A stretch of DNA of 64,000 bases from positions 5,179 through 69,178 of the IMG/VR virus record IMGVR_UViG_3300008267_000364; one strand, written 5' to 3'. The number at the start of each line of letters is the position of its first letter. Positions within the stretch are counted from its first letter, which is position 1. This document shows positions 1-10,672 of the stretch, in pieces. The stretch comes from a virus. The translations under genes were made by a program, and so were the position numbers. The notes below the pieces were generated by a model, which saw nothing but the letters and a program-made list of their open reading frames with translations, did no database searches and was not told where the DNA came from.

Positions 1-75
1 AGTTGCAGTAGCAACAACCTTTATAGGTTGTCCACCAGTTGAACCACTTAATAAAACTTTTGTATAAGTTGCCAT
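1..75 (-). CDS. Partial CDS running off the window, probable tail-associated protein (MATYTKVLLSGSTGGQPIKVVATAT...)
   Basis: ATG at 75, open frame to window edge, follows a tail-fibre-like gene. Confidence 0.6.
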   Translation of the reverse strand, partial: MATYTKVLLSGSTGGQPIKVVATAT

Positions 76-103
76 ATTATATTTTTATTTTTTTTTTGTA
101 AAA

Positions 104-1141
104 TTAAGAAAAAACTTGAATTTGTAAAACATCCATTGTAACTGTTGATGGACTAGCTCCTTCTAAAGCAACACCTACTACATCCCATTTAGCATCATCA
201 CTATTATATACTAATGCAATATATAAAACTTTAGATATTGTAGTAGATACTGGTAAAGTAGTATTTACTGCTCTATACATAGTATCAAAAGCAATAGTTC
301 TAGAAACACCATTATCTTTAATTTTAATTAACATTGATTGTCCTTGAACAGGAGAACCTGTTGGATTAGCTAATGTTAATCCTACAGCTTGTGCTGTAAT
401 TATAACTACGTCATTATTACTTGTTGGAGTTACTGTAGCAGCACTAGTTACTGTTTGTAATCTTGGAGTTATAAAAGTTTGATCTCCAGTATTAGTTCCT
501 GATAAAGTTAACCCACTATCTTTAATTATTTTTCCTGTTGTTCCATCAAAAAATGCAACATTATTATTTACTGAACTTGCAGGACCTGTAACAGCACCTA
601 CAATATTCTTTTGAATAATATTCCAATAAATTCCTACAGTTGCTTGATTTCCACTTACAGTTCCATCAGTGTTACAAATAATCATATCACCAACTTCAAC
701 ATCTATTCCTGAAGCACCACCTATTTTACCAGCAACATTTGCAATATACATAAATCCAGCATCTGCAGCAGGATAATTAGGATTTGTAGAACAATCTAAA
801 ACACCTTTATAAACTAAAGCATTAGCATTTCCTAAAATATTATCAGTGTAAACTTTAACAGCATTTTGAGTAGGATATAAAGTATCACTTGTTCCTAAAG
901 AAGTATTTGTAGATTTATTAGATACATTTTCAGGAGTAAAACCTAAACTTGTTTGAAATAAAGAAGTTGCCCAATCATAAACTGCTTTTACACTAGGATA
1001 TTTTACATTACTAGCTTGATCAGTTACAACTGAAGTACTTTTATTTGCTACATCTTCAGGAGTATAAGGTAATGGTGAACCACCTCCACCTCCACTATTG
1101 CTAGAAAAAACTTTTCTAATATTTTTTACTATAGAAATCAT
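104..1141 (-). CDS. Tail fibre / virion appendage protein
   Basis: Thr/Gly/Ser-rich; two TPExVxNKST...YPS/TxxAV repeats; VTGPASSVNNNVAFFDGTTGK fibre-type motif. Confidence 0.7.
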   Translation of the reverse strand: MISIVKNIRKVFSSNSGGGGGSPLPYTPEDVANKSTSVVTDQASNVKYPSVKAVYDWATSLFQTSLGFTPENVSNKSTNTSLGTSDTLYPTQNAVKVYTDNILGNANALVYKGVLDCSTNPNYPAADAGFMYIANVAGKIGGASGIDVEVGDMIICNTDGTVSGNQATVGIYWNIIQKNIVGAVTGPASSVNNNVAFFDGTTGKIIKDSGLTLSGTNTGDQTFITPRLQTVTSAATVTPTSNNDVVIITAQAVGLTLANPTGSPVQGQSMLIKIKDNGVSRTIAFDTMYRAVNTTLPVSTTISKVLYIALVYNSDDAKWDVVGVALEGASPSTVTMDVLQIQVFS

Positions 1142-1494
1142 TATTTATAATATTGAATATGTAAAGTATTAGTTCCTGTTGAAATAGGAATAACTCTAAA
1201 ATTAATTAAATTTGGATAACCTGTAACATCAAAAAAGTCTAGTCTTGATAATGCTAAACCATCTGTAGAAGTAGGTTCAACAATACTACCTAACATTAAA
1301 TATCTTAATGCAGGAGTATCTGTAATATCAGATTCTACTCTAATTTCAGCATACTTAGCATCTACTGGAATATTATTAAATCCTGTTAAACCGCTAACAT
1401 CTAGTTTTTCATAACCACAAGCTAATAAATTATTTCTATTTACTCTAAGTAATTCTCTTAAAAGACTTTTACTATTATCTATTGAAGCACTCAT
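1141..1494 (-). CDS. Hypothetical virion-module protein
   Basis: 117-aa ORF whose stop overlaps the next start. Confidence 0.6.
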   Translation of the reverse strand: MSASIDNSKSLLRELLRVNRNNLLACGYEKLDVSGLTGFNNIPVDAKYAEIRVESDITDTPALRYLMLGSIVEPTSTDGLALSRLDFFDVTGYPNLINFRVIPISTGTNTLHIQYYK

Positions 1495-1505
1495 TATATT
1501 TTATT

Positions 1506-2708
1506 TTAGTTTATTAATTGACAATCACAGATATTACATTCATGCATTATTTTATGCATCATATCATCTGCTTCTTCTTCTTTTAAACAATTTTTTGCTA
1601 TTGTTGTAGTAATTTCACAAACACCGTTATTTGGTGGTGCAGCATTTGTATATTGTAATACTAAAGGTACACTATTTTCAGTATAATGTAAATCAAATCT
1701 AAGAACTTCATCTGAACATGTAAGATATAAACTATAAATAGTACAAAAACTATTACAAAATTCATCAATAAGAATACCTAATTCAGTTAATTTTTTTACT
1801 AATAATGATTGAGTATTTAAAATACCATCTCCATATATTGTGTAACTATTAGTTAAACTATTTAAATAAATTACTAAATAGTCAGAAGTTGTAGGAATAT
1901 AAGATACAAATTTACTTCTTCGTAAATTATCATTTATATAATAACAATTATTAGGTTGTATAGTAGTAACTACAGTTTCATCAAAACCATATGAAGTCAA
2001 TGCTTCAATTCTATCTATTAAATTATAATTTTCAAGAGTAGGATTTTTACCTTCAGAATAAATTATATAAGCATAACCATCTGTATCTATTTTAAGTATT
2101 ACTTGTTGTAAATTATTAGGAATAACAACTGATGTAGTTCCAGGTAAATCAAATATAATATTAAAATATAAAGTTTCATGTGGAATACAATTAGAATTTA
2201 ATATAAATACAATGTATGTATTACCTAATGTTAAATCTGGTACTGAAGCTGAAATACTATTATCCCAATACATTTTACCTTTTATAAAAACTTGATTAGT
2301 AATTGTATTTTTATAAGTTTTTAATTGAGAAGTAACTAATCCAAAAACACCTAAAGTCCCTTCAGTAACACTATATTCTATTAAACTTCCACCACTAGTA
2401 CCATCTTGAGCTATAATTTCCCAAGAGTCACCATCCCAAATATAACTTTTACCTAAAGTAGTATTATAATATCCCCAATTTAAACTAGGAGATGTTGGTG
2501 CAGAAGATAAACTACCTTGCCATACTATACTAACACCATTAGTTCCATTAGTTCCAGGTATTCCTTGTGGACCTGTAGCACCAGTTGGACCAGTAGCACC
2601 TACGTTACCTTGTAGACCTTGAATACCCTGAATACCTTGTATTCCTTGAGGACCTTGAGGACCTGGTAAACCACTAGGTATTGTTAATGAATCACAATCT
2701 ATACACAT
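1506..2708 (-). CDS. Collagen-repeat fibre protein
   Basis: N-terminal MCxxC followed by a Gly-X-Y run ([13 protein letters not shown]...); Cys-rich C-terminus. Confidence 0.75.
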   Translation of the reverse strand: MCIDCDSLTIPSGLPGPQGPQGIQGIQGIQGLQGNVGATGPTGATGPQGIPGTNGTNGVSIVWQGSLSSAPTSPSLNWGYYNTTLGKSYIWDGDSWEIIAQDGTSGGSLIEYSVTEGTLGVFGLVTSQLKTYKNTITNQVFIKGKMYWDNSISASVPDLTLGNTYIVFILNSNCIPHETLYFNIIFDLPGTTSVVIPNNLQQVILKIDTDGYAYIIYSEGKNPTLENYNLIDRIEALTSYGFDETVVTTIQPNNCYYINDNLRRSKFVSYIPTTSDYLVIYLNSLTNSYTIYGDGILNTQSLLVKKLTELGILIDEFCNSFCTIYSLYLTCSDEVLRFDLHYTENSVPLVLQYTNAAPPNNGVCEITTTIAKNCLKEEEADDMMHKIMHECNICDCQLIN

Positions 2709-2719
2709 GTTATTAATTT

Positions 2720-3343
2720 TTAAAATTGTCTTATAGGGCGAATATACAAACCTTGGTCAGAATATTTATTTTCATAAAAAACAGTTCCATGAAAAAAGTT
2801 ATAATAAAATGCAGCATATGAACTAGCTTCTGAACTACTCCAATAATAAATTATTGAAGTTGGTGTATCTACTCCTCCAAGTAATTGTGCACCAGATATT
2901 GTACTTAAAGTTTTATTTACATTAAATCTATTATTCCATAATAAACTTAATTCATCTACTGCTGGTAAATACCAATCAGTAAAACCATCTTTAGAATAAG
3001 CTAAACATGCATTAGCTGCACCAAATGTATTACCAACTTGTGAAACTATTGCATTACTATTAGATAAGCCATTCCAACTACTTTTTGCTGTTGGACCTAT
3101 TTCAATTTGAGGAGCATCACTCCAATAATTTACTACAGAATTTACATGTTCAACAGATACTATTAAACCATGTTCTACATTTTGAGAATCTTTCCATAAG
3201 TGATACACTATACCTCCTCCAAAATGTTCACCAATATAATGAACAAATCCACCTTGAGGTCCTACAGGACCTTGTGGACCAGTTGCTCCAGTAGCTCCTG
3301 TTGCACCAATAGGAATAGTTAAAGTTTTACATTTATTACACAT
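2720..3343 (-). CDS. Collagen repeat plus DUF1566/Lcl C-type-lectin-like domain, putative receptor-binding protein
   Basis: Short GXY repeat; [16 protein letters not shown] and terminal IRPIRQF motifs typical of DUF1566. Confidence 0.75.
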   Translation of the reverse strand: MCNKCKTLTIPIGATGATGATGPQGPVGPQGGFVHYIGEHFGGGIVYHLWKDSQNVEHGLIVSVEHVNSVVNYWSDAPQIEIGPTAKSSWNGLSNSNAIVSQVGNTFGAANACLAYSKDGFTDWYLPAVDELSLLWNNRFNVNKTLSTISGAQLLGGVDTPTSIIYYWSSSEASSYAAFYYNFFHGTVFYENKYSDQGLYIRPIRQF

Positions 3344-3368
3344 ATATATAATATAATATTTTTTTTCC

Positions 3369-3959
3369 TTATTTGCAAGTTTTACAGTCAGAATTTATAC
3401 AAAGTTTTGTAATTATTTTTTGCAACTTTGTAAAACTATTAACATCTGCACATTTTGCTGCATTTTTTAATGCTTGTAAAAAAGTCCAAGTTTTAGTATA
3501 ATTTTTATAATCAACATCATCACAATTACAATCACAATCTAATAATGTTAAATTATTCAATTGTTCATTGACACAACATTCAGCATTACAATAAAATAAT
3601 TGATATACAGTTCTTGATAAAGCAGGACCTGTACCAGTAACATCATATTTAAAAGTCCATTTACCATCTTCTAAATTAAGTAATCCTCCTAAGTCTGTAG
3701 ATGTTAAATCATAATAATGACTTACATTATTAGTAGGAAATCCTTTTGAAGTTAAGTTTACTGTATAAACTACATTGCTAGGACTAGTAATTGTTAATAT
3801 TGCTGAAGTATAACTTGACAAAGGATAATTTTGTCCACTACTACCATTACCATAACCTCCTGTATTAGTAGATGAATATATTCCTGTAGTTTCATAAAAT
3901 CTAATTTGTGTACATCCATTAACTACACAACTATATAAATTTAAAGTTCCTGTTGTCAT
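3369..3959 (-). CDS. Virion structural protein with Cys-rich C-terminus
   Basis: 196-aa ORF in the structural operon. Confidence 0.6.
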   Translation of the reverse strand: MTTGTLNLYSCVVNGCTQIRFYETTGIYSSTNTGGYGNGSSGQNYPLSSYTSAILTITSPSNVVYTVNLTSKGFPTNNVSHYYDLTSTDLGGLLNLEDGKWTFKYDVTGTGPALSRTVYQLFYCNAECCVNEQLNNLTLLDCDCNCDDVDYKNYTKTWTFLQALKNAAKCADVNSFTKLQKIITKLCINSDCKTCK

Positions 3960-3989
3960 TTATTATTTATTTAATTTGTTTATAAAGTA

Positions 3990-4029
3990 AAGCCCCTGGA
4001 AACTTTTAAGGAAGAAAAACCAGGGGCTT
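3990..4029 (-). terminator. Stem-loop downstream of the 419-aa structural gene, possible terminator
   Basis: AAGCCCCTGG / CCAGGGGCTT 10-bp inverted repeat with a 20-nt loop. Confidence 0.5.
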
Positions 4030-4095
4030 ATTATACTAATTAAGGCTTTAAAGTTTGATATACCAGAGTGGTATAATAAGTATTTAGATTAAGGA

Positions 4096-5355
4096 TTAAC
4101 CTAAATAAGGAAGATAAGGTCTAGCAGGTGTAGTTCCTAAGAAACTATTTAATTTCTCTCTTAATACACCATAAAGATTAGATTGAGAATTATAAGAATC
4201 ATTTTCATTAATAGCAGGTACTGCAAATAAAAGAGCTTTACGAGATTTAGCTACAACATCTGCACCAGTAGTGAAAGTAGTATCATCAAATAACACATTG
4301 ATTACATTATAGAAATAACGTACTTTAACTTCAAATCCACCACCAGTAGCTTGTGCAAAAGGAGTAGTTAATACTGCAGTAGTTGCATCTATTACATATT
4401 TAATTTCATAATTATAACCAGAAACAGTGATTAATTCACCTGGTCTAATAATACCTACTATAGAACCACTAAAACCAATTACATCAGAACCCAATGTTGC
4501 ACCACTTGTAACAGCAAGTGCAGCAGATAAAGTTGGAGTAGCACTTACACCAAATTTAACTTGTTGAGCTGGCCATAATCTACGGTTAGAAAGACCTTCA
4601 TATTGGTATTCAAAGTTTTCTTTATTGTAAATAGAGTTATAAGTTCCTGTACCAAAGCTATTAGCTAAGATTTGAGAACAAGCAGTAGTATCTTCAAAAG
4701 CTGAAGAATCATCTACAAATACATCAAAATATACACGGTTTTCTTTATAAGTAGAAGATTGGAATTGGTTAATATCTAAAGCTGTAATTTCTACACCGTA
4801 GTTAGTAGCTCCAGTTAAACCATAAGCTCCAGTACCATCACCTACAACAACTGCTTTAATTTGAGTTTTGTAAGCACCATTGTTAATCAAGTTTGCTGCT
4901 TGAGTAGCAATAGATAATTGAGTAGCATTACTAGAAGAAGTAAAGTTAGCTGTAAATCTTTCAGGTCTTTCAGAATATAAAGCTTTATCATTTTTAAATT
5001 TGATATAGAAACTATACAAAGAAGCTGGATTAACTGCAATAGAACCTGTACCTTTAGCACGGTTATATCCAATAGACCATACTTCACGTTGAGCAGGAGC
5101 ATATTTTTCAGCAGTAGCACTGATTACACTTCTACCATTTACCCACATTGATTTTTTGAAAGATCCATCAGCATAAGTTAATGAAGCTTGAAAAGCTGGA
5201 GTAGTTTCTTCACTTGCAGTTTCAGAATATTGTTGTTCTAATATTTGTTGTTCGTAGTTAAACAAACCTAATTTTCCTGGTGTAAGTGTGTTTACTGTAG
5301 ATTCTAATTCTTCTACATTACTTACGAATACGTTAGTTACTTTATGAATTGACAT
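4096..5355 (-). CDS. Conserved crAss-like structural protein, auxiliary capsid protein candidate
   Basis: 419 aa; position downstream of MCP and ring gene matches crAss-like synteny. Confidence 0.6.
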   Translation of the reverse strand: MSIHKVTNVFVSNVEELESTVNTLTPGKLGLFNYEQQILEQQYSETASEETTPAFQASLTYADGSFKKSMWVNGRSVISATAEKYAPAQREVWSIGYNRAKGTGSIAVNPASLYSFYIKFKNDKALYSERPERFTANFTSSSNATQLSIATQAANLINNGAYKTQIKAVVVGDGTGAYGLTGATNYGVEITALDINQFQSSTYKENRVYFDVFVDDSSAFEDTTACSQILANSFGTGTYNSIYNKENFEYQYEGLSNRRLWPAQQVKFGVSATPTLSAALAVTSGATLGSDVIGFSGSIVGIIRPGELITVSGYNYEIKYVIDATTAVLTTPFAQATGGGFEVKVRYFYNVINVLFDDTTFTTGADVVAKSRKALLFAVPAINENDSYNSQSNLYGVLREKLNSFLGTTPARPYLPYLG

Positions 5356-5402
5356 TGTTTTTTAAATTTTAAATTTATTATTTAAGATATTGATTTTTAA
5401 GA

Positions 5403-5627
5403 TTAAAGATCTGCCATTGTAGCAAATACGTTAGTTCCACTTGCTGTAACTGCACCATCTAATGCTGCTTTTTGAGCTGCAGTAGGTACTAATAATTGTG
5501 CTGCTGCTAATTGAGTTTGTAAAGAATTTATAACTTCTATCATTTCATCAATTTTAGATGCATAAACCCTAGGATTTGTAATTTCTGCACCTAAAAAATA
5601 TTTTGGTGCTACTTTAGTTATTGCCAT
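5403..5627 (-). CDS. Small structural protein
   Basis: 74-aa ORF in operon. Confidence 0.6.
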   Translation of the reverse strand: MAITKVAPKYFLGAEITNPRVYASKIDEMIEVINSLQTQLAAAQLLVPTAAQKAALDGAVTASGTNVFATMADL

Positions 5628-5638
5628 TTTTTAAATTA

Positions 5639-6316
5639 TTATTCGTTAGTATTATTAATTAAAGGATTAAATGTTTGAGACCTCTTACCTTCTATTCCTT
5701 CTAATGCTATTTTAACAGCTTCATCAATTATTTCACTATGCATGTGACTAGATAATTCAGAAGTAACATTTGTTGTTAAATCAATTTTATTAGGTTGTTT
5801 AATATATCTCATTCTATATTCAACTATTTGACAAGATGATATTAATTCAACTCTACCTTTTTCCATTAATCTAAGAACAATTACATCATCTGGTTTTCCA
5901 AAAGGGTCTTTAATCCTTTTAGAAAATTCAGAGTGATTTATTGGAATAACTTCAGCAAAACTATTAGTTGGTGATCCACATATTTGACATAAAAGTTTAC
6001 ATCTTTCTTGAACAGTAAACCAATGATCAGTAGGTAGATTTACAAATCTTGCACTAACGTCAATATTATCTGAAGCATAAGGTTGTGTAGTTAAGACTGC
6101 ATTTACAACTATATTTTTTAAATCCTCAATCCTTTTCTGAGTTTCTTCAAAAGATTGTCTTTTTAAGTTGGTAAACCCATATCTTTGTTTAACAATCCTC
6201 TCTTGAGCATTATTTAAAATTAAGTCTATTTCTTCAGGTAAAAAGTTAGGATAATTTAATGAATCCATTTTATCCATCCTAAACTTAAACTCTGTATGCA
6301 TCTCTGCTACTGTCAT
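5639..6316 (-). CDS. Tail ring / head-tail adaptor protein
   Basis: MTVAEMH..F...DK, EIDLILNNAQ, YIKQP, HSEIIDEAV pattern; synteny. Confidence 0.7.
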   Translation of the reverse strand: MTVAEMHTEFKFRMDKMDSLNYPNFLPEEIDLILNNAQERIVKQRYGFTNLKRQSFEETQKRIEDLKNIVVNAVLTTQPYASDNIDVSARFVNLPTDHWFTVQERCKLLCQICGSPTNSFAEVIPINHSEFSKRIKDPFGKPDDVIVLRLMEKGRVELISSCQIVEYRMRYIKQPNKIDLTTNVTSELSSHMHSEIIDEAVKIALEGIEGKRSQTFNPLINNTNE

Positions 6317-7119
6317 TACTCAACTTCTTTTTTTAGTTTCTTAGGTTTTAACTTATTTTCTAATGCTAATTTTACAGATTGATTTTTCATATCTGTTAAG
6401 TAACCTACAACTTCATCTGTAGAACTACCTAATAAATCTTCACCATTATAGTAATAAGTACCTTTCTTTTTAATGATTTCTTTTTCTAACAATGCTTCTA
6501 ACAATGCTTTAGTTGGAGTATCTTTAGAAGTAGATAATCTTAAATATTCTTTAGGATCACGTTTTACTTCTTTATATAACTCAGCTTTAATCATTGTTTC
6601 AGACATTGTATCTACTCCACGTTTACCAAAGATTCTTAGTAATCCTCTCTTCTCTTCAATAGTTGCCGTAGTAAATGCTTCAATAGCTGCAAATTCAAAC
6701 TCCATTTTAGCAGCTTCAATTTTACTTGCTGCTTCAGGATCGTAAATATAAAATTTCGCTGTTGAATTACCAGGAACATCATGTTCACTATTTGCAATCC
6801 AATCATGTTCTAACAACATCTTATATTTAATCTCATCTAATGGAGTTACCACATTAAATATTGTAATTTTATCATTTTTTAATCGCACTTCTAAATCTCC
6901 CCAAAAATCAGAATTTCTTTTATTCAAAGTTCCTTTTGGTACATTTAAAAGTTCTTCATAATGAGCTTCATCTTTAACACTTAATCCTGTTTTATAAACA
7001 CCATTTTGACTAAGTTGTGCTCCCATTATTACAGTAATAGTTTTATTGTAATAAGATTGACCTGAAAATTTATTTTTAATAATAGGTCTGATAACATACT
7101 GTTTAAATCCTTCTTCCAT
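6316..7119 (-). CDS. Conserved crAss-like protein downstream of MCP (cargo-type)
   Basis: 267 aa immediately after the MCP terminator; synteny. Confidence 0.6.
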   Translation of the reverse strand: MEEGFKQYVIRPIIKNKFSGQSYYNKTITVIMGAQLSQNGVYKTGLSVKDEAHYEELLNVPKGTLNKRNSDFWGDLEVRLKNDKITIFNVVTPLDEIKYKMLLEHDWIANSEHDVPGNSTAKFYIYDPEAASKIEAAKMEFEFAAIEAFTTATIEEKRGLLRIFGKRGVDTMSETMIKAELYKEVKRDPKEYLRLSTSKDTPTKALLEALLEKEIIKKKGTYYYNGEDLLGSSTDEVVGYLTDMKNQSVKLALENKLKPKKLKKEVE

Positions 7120-7154
7120 TTGTTTTAATAATTTGCCTTTATTAGTTTAAAAAT

Positions 7155-7179
7155 AAAGGGTGTTTAAGGTACACCCTTT
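7155..7179 (-). terminator. Intrinsic terminator after the major capsid gene
   Basis: AAAGGGTGT / ACACCCTTT stem, T-rich tail on the minus strand. Confidence 0.7.
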
Positions 7180-7194
7180 GAAAACCTTATTATT

Positions 7195-8646
7195 TTAGTT
7201 TAATGAACTTGCATCTAAAATCAATTGAGCTGCATCAGATGGGTCACGTAACATGATTCCACATTCTGTCATAGCTTCAAAAGTGTATCCATCTACTGAA
7301 CTAGCAGAAGATCCATTTTTCTTAGGACCATAAGGACCATACATTCCTTCAATATAAGTAGTTACCATTTCACGGTCTTTAGAATATACTTTTTGAATAT
7401 TTGGTTCTCCTTTATTGTAAGATTTGAAATTTAAGAAAGTAGCTTTGTAAGACTCTGCTGGTTTACCAGTTTGAGGATGTAATAGACGATTTCTCACAGT
7501 ATCATTGTAAGGTTTGTATTCTTTCAAGGTAATTTTATCACCATTCAAACCTGTGTAAGTAATGAACTGACCAGATAAAGTTAATTCTTGTCCTTGACCA
7601 CCAATGAATTTGCTATCTACTAAGTTGAAAGCAGATGCTGAACGCTTCATAGCTTGATCAAATAAATTCATAAATTCCCTTCCACAAAGTGCAACGTATT
7701 CACGAGGACCATCTTCAGTACCGTTATATGCTAAATCTGACATGAAATCACGAATAGTTTTTTCAGTCAAAGTAGTATAAAGACGTTTGTTACCTGGAGC
7801 AATTTGAGCTTCTAATCCAGCACCAGAATAAACTGTATTACCAGATGCACCTTTAATGTCAGTAGTACCGTTAGCTTTAACATTAGACTCACCAAACATT
7901 AACATTACTTCGATTTCATCCATGAACTGTTTCCAAAATTCCCACTCAGCATATTTTACCCAAGTGTTAGTTTTTTCATTAGTTTCAGGGTTTAACATTG
8001 AAATAACCATTACACGGCTATGAGCAGCACCAGTAACAGAATATTTTTTACGCAATGTAGACATGAAGTTTTCTAACATCATTGGAGTAGCATAATGAGT
8101 TTCTCCAGAAGTACGAGAATGATCATGTTCTACAATGTTGTATTCTTTAGAAACTTCTTTACCTACTGCAACTAATACTGCAGGAATTGATTTAGTAACA
8201 TCAGCAGTAACTAATTGACAAGTTAAGATATAGTCATTTCCATCGTAGTAAGGTTCTGCCATTACACGAGCTTTGTATTCAGGGCTGTCAAATAAAATAA
8301 CATCACCTTCTGTGAACCATTTTTCTCCAACACCAAATTTAAAAGTAGTAGCATTTACACCTACTGATCCTGCTGCTTCAAATACTGCACGAGTAATAGA
8401 AATAGCTTTACGAGAATCACCAATGATATTCCAACGATATTGGATACCATCAATTTCTTTAGATTTACCCATTCCACCTGTTAAGAAAGAAAGAGCATTT
8501 TTATAACCATTTTGTTTGTTATAAATACGAGTAATAACTTGACTAGCTAAAGCTGGCTCAGTTAAAAAGAATGTGGACAAATGAGAGTCTTGAGTAAGAC
8601 CTGCATGCCAATTCATGTTAGTTATTTGTAATGGACTAATTTGCAT
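7195..8646 (-). CDS. Major capsid protein (crAss-like)
   Basis: 483 aa; size and position downstream of portal and acidic scaffold; own terminator. Confidence 0.85.
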   Translation of the reverse strand: MQISPLQITNMNWHAGLTQDSHLSTFFLTEPALASQVITRIYNKQNGYKNALSFLTGGMGKSKEIDGIQYRWNIIGDSRKAISITRAVFEAAGSVGVNATTFKFGVGEKWFTEGDVILFDSPEYKARVMAEPYYDGNDYILTCQLVTADVTKSIPAVLVAVGKEVSKEYNIVEHDHSRTSGETHYATPMMLENFMSTLRKKYSVTGAAHSRVMVISMLNPETNEKTNTWVKYAEWEFWKQFMDEIEVMLMFGESNVKANGTTDIKGASGNTVYSGAGLEAQIAPGNKRLYTTLTEKTIRDFMSDLAYNGTEDGPREYVALCGREFMNLFDQAMKRSASAFNLVDSKFIGGQGQELTLSGQFITYTGLNGDKITLKEYKPYNDTVRNRLLHPQTGKPAESYKATFLNFKSYNKGEPNIQKVYSKDREMVTTYIEGMYGPYGPKKNGSSASSVDGYTFEAMTECGIMLRDPSDAAQLILDASSLN

Positions 8647-8678
8647 TTTTTATTGTTATATTAAAGTTAATAATTGTT

Positions 8679-9827
8679 CTAAATTGTACCTGTATTTAAT
8701 GCTTGTTTAAATGCACTAAAGTTATTTTTTCTTTGATCTCCAAAGCTATCAGATTGACCTGATTTTAATTTGCTTCTTCCATCTTTAAAGTTAGAAAGTT
8801 TACTAGCTAATTCTGAATTTACTTTAGTCTTAACTTGTCTTTCTAATTTTGATAAATCCCATTCATTCATTGCTAAGTAAGCATATAAGAATTGAGCATT
8901 CTCATTAGTTTCATTATGTTTTTGTAATCCTGTTTTACCAGCTTTATCTGGAACCATAATGAAGTTCCATAAATTATCTTTCATTTTAGGAGTAAGTTTA
9001 AAACCTTGAATATCTTCTTTTGCATAAAGATTAGCTTTAAATTCCTCATATTGTTTTTTAGCTAAAACTCTTTGTTCAGCATCATACTTTTTTTGAGCTT
9101 CAACTAATTGTTCTTGGTAACTTCTTTCATAAGCTTGTAACTTATTCAAAGCCACTTTAGCTTTCTTTTCCAAAATACCAGAAACTTCATATGTATCCAA
9201 AGTTTCTTCAATATCTTCATCTTCTTCTCCTTGTGCTTTCAAGTATTCTCTTAACACTACTTTTTGAGAAACTTCTGAATCAACTTCATATTCTCCCCAA
9301 GACTTGTTATTGTAGTAAGCTTCCATAAAATCTTTTGGATTTCCTCCTGCTTCTACAAACTCTACTAACTTATGAACGTCTTCAGGTAAACTATTTTTAT
9401 AGTTCTGAACTTCACGTTCTATTGTAGCTCCTACTAGGTTTTTCAAACCTTCTTCTGAATCTTCAAAAGACTCTTCATTAAAATCTACTAGTCCTTGTTC
9501 TCCTAACCAACTAGCAAATACTTTTAAACTAGATGCTTCATCAGAACTTTGTTGAACTTCTTTTTTAGAAAGTTCTTCAACTTCTTCTTCTAACTCAGCT
9601 TCTACTTTTTTAGTAGGAACTTCTTTTTTAGGTTTTACAGTTTCTTCATTAGAAGAAAACTCGTTAAACTCTTCAGTATCAGGATCTTCACCTTCTACCA
9701 TATTATTCTTTACAGAGACATCTTCCTTAAAATCATCTGTAAATTCCATTTCTAATCCATCACCAAAAGGTGTGTCAAGAATGTTGAACTCTTTTAACGG
9801 AGTTGCATCTTTATTTTCTTTACTCAT
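8679..9827 (-). CDS. Putative capsid scaffolding protein
   Basis: Highly acidic N-terminus, helical/coiled-coil; directly upstream of MCP. Confidence 0.65.
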   Translation of the reverse strand: MSKENKDATPLKEFNILDTPFGDGLEMEFTDDFKEDVSVKNNMVEGEDPDTEEFNEFSSNEETVKPKKEVPTKKVEAELEEEVEELSKKEVQQSSDEASSLKVFASWLGEQGLVDFNEESFEDSEEGLKNLVGATIEREVQNYKNSLPEDVHKLVEFVEAGGNPKDFMEAYYNNKSWGEYEVDSEVSQKVVLREYLKAQGEEDEDIEETLDTYEVSGILEKKAKVALNKLQAYERSYQEQLVEAQKKYDAEQRVLAKKQYEEFKANLYAKEDIQGFKLTPKMKDNLWNFIMVPDKAGKTGLQKHNETNENAQFLYAYLAMNEWDLSKLERQVKTKVNSELASKLSNFKDGRSKLKSGQSDSFGDQRKNNFSAFKQALNTGTI

Positions 9828-9853
9828 AATTTGCCTTTATTAGTATTATACTA

Positions 9854-9885
9854 TAAATATAACTGGTTTAGTTATAATTTACAAC
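9854..9885 (-). promoter_or_regulatory. Bacteroidota sigma-70-type promoter for the scaffold/capsid operon
   Basis: Minus strand GTTG-N20-TATATTTA, a variant of TTTG / TAnnTTTG. Confidence 0.55.
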
Positions 9886-9936
9886 TGTTAAAAATTACAT
9901 AATTAAGTAACTTTTTATAGCTTTAATGTATTAATG

Positions 9937-10470
9937 TTATTTGAATTCTTGTAAAAAATCTTGTCCTTTATTTGTAATATCACCAACTTTATCAAGCATG
10001 TAATATTTTCTAACACTTTTAGCTAATTTAGAAGCTCCTTTTAAATAAGGAATAGGTATTGCTCCAGCCATATTTAAAGGATTTTGTTTATTACCCATAT
10101 AAAAATCTTTAACTACTTCTGCTGCATTTGATACAAAAGTTGGATCTGCAAGTTTAATAGCTCTCCAAGCCATTTCTGCAGAATGTATTCCAGAACCATC
10201 CATTTGATTAGCTCCTCTAGTTTGTGTTTCATAATTGGCTTTTTCTTCTGCAAAATTTTTAGGTTTTATAGAATTTAACATTTTTTGCCTAGCAATTATT
10301 TTATCAGATTCTTTTTTAAAGAAAGGTTCTTCTTTAATACCCCCATCACCAAACTTTTCATAACTAGTATTATAATCATTTACCATGTCACGATAAGACA
10401 TGTCAGGGTTAGCCTTTTTATAGGCTTTCATTAACTCTATTCTTTCTTTAATTGGTAGTTTATAATACAT
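9937..10470 (-). CDS. Hypothetical protein with a KFGDGG motif
   Basis: 177-aa ORF between ferritin and scaffold. Confidence 0.6.
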   Translation of the reverse strand: MYYKLPIKERIELMKAYKKANPDMSYRDMVNDYNTSYEKFGDGGIKEEPFFKKESDKIIARQKMLNSIKPKNFAEEKANYETQTRGANQMDGSGIHSAEMAWRAIKLADPTFVSNAAEVVKDFYMGNKQNPLNMAGAIPIPYLKGASKLAKSVRKYYMLDKVGDITNKGQDFLQEFK

Positions 10471-10669
10471 TGGTATTTATATTAAAAGTATTGTTTTTAC
10501 ATAATTTTACATCATTACTATTGTAATGTTTAATCATTCCAGATTCTTCAAGAGCTACAACAAATATTGTATTTTCATGTGGACCATAATCCATTATGAA
10601 TAATACTACTCCATCACCATGTGGAGTAGTTACCCAAAGTATTTGTTGTACCTCGTGAATTAATGACAT
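10460..10669 (-). CDS. Small hypothetical protein
   Basis: 69-aa ORF overlapping the next gene. Confidence 0.65.
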   Translation of the reverse strand: MSLIHEVQQILWVTTPHGDGVVLFIMDYGPHENTIFVVALEESGMIKHYNSNDVKLCKNNTFNINTNVL

Positions 10670-10672
10670 TTA

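Noticed and set aside
2720-2860. DUF1566 C-terminus as a diversity-generating retroelement target
   Set aside because: No reverse transcriptase or template repeat is visible in the window; it could lie outside.
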